Assembly: GCA_963676795.2 (NCBI GenBank)
Contig: CAXXTB010000002.1
Coordinates: 1,408,001 to 1,472,000, forward strand
From: Geopsychrobacteraceae bacterium
GTDB lineage: Bacteria > Desulfobacterota > Desulfuromonadia > Desulfuromonadales > Geopsychrobacteraceae
Length of the DNA: 64,000 nucleotides
Direction of reading: 5' to 3'
This document shows positions 61,621 through 64,000 of this stretch, in pieces (position 1 is the first letter of the stretch; the number at the start of each line of letters is the position of its first letter). The notes under the pieces were generated by a model. The model saw only the letters and a list, made by a program, of their open reading frames with translations. It did no database searches and was not told the DNA's origin. A program made the position numbers and the translations under genes.

Positions 61621-62613
61621 ATGACAAAACCAGCATTCTCGAAAGATCTTCTTGTTCTCGACGCAGAGCAGGAAGTCGAAAAAATCACCAAAGCCATGCG
61701 TACCCTGATGCGCACGGAGATCAAGCGGCGTGGAATTGTCCTGGGACTCTCCGGTGGCATCGACAGCAGTACCACCTGTGCCCTGTCGGTCAAAGCCTTT
61801 GGCCCTGATAAGGTCTTCGGCCTGCATATGCCGGAGCGCCACTCATCGGATGAAACCTTGACGCTCAGTACCAGTGTCTCCGACCGCTTCGGGATTGAGT
61901 CCACCCATGAGGATATTTCCAGCATTCTTGAAGCTGTCGGCTTTTATCGCCGCTATGATGATGCGGTAAGAAGCGTTATTCCGGAATACGCGGAAGGCTG
62001 GAAATCCAAGATCGTCATTCCCAATGTCATCGAAACCAATGAGTTCTCGTTGTTTTCCATCGTTGCCCAGAGTCCGGAGGGTGAGACAAAAAAAGTACGC
62101 TTGCCGCTGAAAGCTTATCTTGAGATCCTGGCCGCAACCAACTTCAAACAGCGCATCCGTAAGATGCTCGAATATCACCACGCTGACCGCCTCAATTTTG
62201 CAGTTGCCGGAACCCCGAATCGTCTTGAATACGATCAGGGCTTTTTCGTCAAACTGGGTGATGGTGCCGCCGATATCAAGCCGATTGCTCACCTGTACAA
62301 AACCCAGGTTTATCAACTTGCCGCTCATCTTGGTGTGCCTGCTGATATCTGTAACAGACCTCCAACCACAGATACCTACTCACTGCCGCAGGGGCAGGAC
62401 GAGTTCTATTTCTCTCTGCCGCATGACGAGATGGATCTGTGCCTGTACGGCAAGAATAACGGTTATCCCGTAGAAGAGGTTGCCGAGGTCCTGGAGATAA
62501 CACCTCAGCAGGTTCAGCGTGTCTATGACGACATAGACAATAAACGCAGCACAACACGCTACCTGCATCTTTCCGCGCAGTTGATTGATGATGTACCGGA
62601 GATTAAACGTTAA
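61621..62613 (+). CDS. nadE: NadE-like NH3-dependent NAD+ synthetase homologue
   Basis: GLSGGIDS PP-loop, NFKQRIR, GTPNRLE, GFFVKLGDG, PIAHLYKTQV. Confidence 0.8.
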   Translation: MTKPAFSKDLLVLDAEQEVEKITKAMRTLMRTEIKRRGIVLGLSGGIDSSTTCALSVKAFGPDKVFGLHMPERHSSDETLTLSTSVSDRFGIESTHEDISSILEAVGFYRRYDDAVRSVIPEYAEGWKSKIVIPNVIETNEFSLFSIVAQSPEGETKKVRLPLKAYLEILAATNFKQRIRKMLEYHHADRLNFAVAGTPNRLEYDQGFFVKLGDGAADIKPIAHLYKTQVYQLAAHLGVPADICNRPPTTDTYSLPQGQDEFYFSLPHDEMDLCLYGKNNGYPVEEVAEVLEITPQQVQRVYDDIDNKRSTTRYLHLSAQLIDDVPEIKR

Positions 62614-62647
62614 TATTGAGTAAAGACATAAGGTTCAAAATTATTCT

Positions 62648-62730
62648 AACAGGGATGAAGGGGATGTTGGGGATTAATTCAAGATCAAGGACCTCTGGTT
62701 TTTATCCAGATTATCCTGTGTATCCCTGTT
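62648..62730. repeat. GGGAT-type inverted-arm element (83 bp)
   Basis: AACAGGGATGAAGGGGATGTTGGGGAT ... ATCCAGATTATCCTGTGTATCCCTGTT. Confidence 0.8.
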
Positions 62731-62779
62731 GATTTGCTTTTTTAAAATACGAATAAATTGAGATAGGAGATTGTTAATT

Positions 62780-63043
62780 ATGTCCGATGTTCAAAATAAA
62801 ATCAGAAGCTTCATTGTCGATAACTTTCTCTTCGGTGATGACGAAGGGCTGGAAAGCGGCACCTCTTTTCTTGATGAGGGGATTGTTGATTCTACCGGTA
62901 TCCTGGAACTGATTGAATTCATCAGTGAAGAATTTGAAATCACTGTCGAAGATGAAGAACTGATACCAGAGAATCTTGATTCGATTGACAATGTCACAGC
63001 GTTTATAGGGCGCAAAAAAGGTCAAGGGACAACAGCTGCTTAA
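62780..63043 (+). CDS. Acyl/peptidyl carrier protein
   Basis: GIVDSTG phosphopantetheine Ser motif; acidic; EELIPENLDSI. Confidence 0.9.
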   Translation: MSDVQNKIRSFIVDNFLFGDDEGLESGTSFLDEGIVDSTGILELIEFISEEFEITVEDEELIPENLDSIDNVTAFIGRKKGQGTTAA

Positions 63044-63059
63044 AGTAATTAAAGGCTTT

Positions 63060-63653
63060 TTGCCGCGGATACAATCTGATAGAAGCTGATGTTTTAATCT
63101 TTGTGCCAAGTGGATTATGTTTTTATCCGCTTTATCAGATTGCATCAGCGGCCGAAAGGTAGTTTTGGTCAAAGGCATTATTGCCGCAGATAAAGTTTGA
63201 TAAAAGCTGATGTTGAAACCTTGAAATGATTTTAGTATTTGGTCTTTTATCCGCCTTTATCAGATTGCATCAGCGGCCGAAAGGGTAGTTTTGGTCAAAG
63301 GCATTATTGCCGCAGATAAAGTTTGATAAAAGCTGATGTTGAAACCTTGAAATGATTTTAGTATTTGGTCTTTTATCCGCTTTATCAGATTGCATCAGCG
63401 GCCGAAAGGGTAGTTTTGGTCAAAGGCATTATTGCCGCAGATAAAGTTTGATAAAAGCTGATGTTGAAACCTTGAAATGATTTTAGTATTTGGTCTTTTA
63501 TCCGCTTTAATCAGATTGCATCAGCGGCCGAAAGGTAGTTTTGGTCAAAGGCATTATTGCCGCAGATAAAGTTTGATAAGGGTGATGTTAAAACCTGGAA
63601 ATGATTTTAGTATTTGGTCTTTTATTCGCTATAATCAGATTGTATCAGCGGCC
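63060..63653. repeat. Tandem array of five ~125-bp palindromic units
   Basis: Units start 63060, 63181, 63307, 63432 and 63557; each is GCCGCnGAT..GAT..GAT-loop-ATC..ATC..ATCAGCGGC plus a linker. Confidence 0.93.
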
Positions 63654-63682
63654 AAAGAATAGACATGACTTTGTGAGGCATT

Positions 63683-64000
63683 TTGATCAAGGATAAATCT
63701 TATTACGATAGCTTGACAGAACAAGTCATCGGATGTGCGTTTCTTGTAGGTAATACCTTGGGACACGGGTTCTTGGAGAAGGTTTATGAAAATGCACTGG
63801 CTTTAGAGCTTCGGAAATCTGGACTGACTGTAGAAACACAAAAGGCTGTATCCGTTTTTTACTGTGGTGTTGTCGTAGGTGATTATGTCGCTGATTTTAT
63901 CATTGAAGATGATCTTATTATTGAGCTGAAGGCGGTGACATCCCTTAAAAATATTCACTTTGCACAATGCCAGAATTATCTGAAGGCAACAGGTATAAAA
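63683..64000 (+). CDS. Second GxxExxY protein, 3'-truncated by window edge (absent from the ORF track)
   Basis: Manual translation from TTG 63683 (GAGG RBS): LTEQVIGCAFLVGNTLGHGFLEKVYENAL...ADFIIEDDLIIELKA...QCQNYLKATGIK. Confidence 0.92.
   Translation, partial: MIKDKSYYDSLTEQVIGCAFLVGNTLGHGFLEKVYENALALELRKSGLTVETQKAVSVFYCGVVVGDYVADFIIEDDLIIELKAVTSLKNIHFAQCQNYLKATGIK

Noticed and set aside
63060..63653. CRISPR array
   Set aside because: Loops and linkers are near-identical between units, so there are no unique spacers. The period (~125 bp) is too long and no cas genes are present.
55757..63682. Integron cassette array (attC sites)
   Set aside because: The palindromes lack consistent RYYYAAC/GTTRRRY ends, there is no intI, and the genes form a coherent EPS pathway.

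Overview
The window is bacterial chromosomal DNA. Gene content and order suggest a Desulfuromonadales-like deltaproteobacterium (inference; no database search was run, and all family names come from motif recognition). Bases 1-41.6 kb are housekeeping: modB, a cobB-type sirtuin, lysA, rlmD, sigma54-driven glnB-glnA, mscS, thrC, maeB, exbBD-like genes, pfkA, mutS-amidase-glnD-xerD-apgM-holC-trmJ, the rimP-nusA-infB-rbfA-truB-rpsO-pnp cluster and dut. A junction at 41.6-42.2 kb carries a palindromic repeat and an IS3 remnant, followed by a PilT-like ATPase and a DUF4388 gene. From 45.3 kb to the window end lies a PEP-CTERM/exosortase-A-type exopolysaccharide locus: PEP-CTERM protein, PrsT, priming transferase, Wza, chain-length protein, tyrosine kinase, outer-membrane protein, ATPase, UDP-sugar dehydrogenase, deacetylase, AsnB-like, NadE-like and ACP genes. 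The most striking signal is in the variable part of this locus (55.76-64 kb). Every intergenic gap there holds ~27-29-bp 'arms', each made of three motifs spaced 8-10 nt apart, in about six sequence flavours and arranged as inverted pairs, nested pairs and a 5x ~125-bp tandem array. Two GxxExxY (PD-(D/E)XK-like) nuclease genes sit among them, one exactly bracketed by such an inverted pair. This looks like a candidate nuclease + MITE/REP-like system. No rRNA, tRNA or CRISPR array was recognised.
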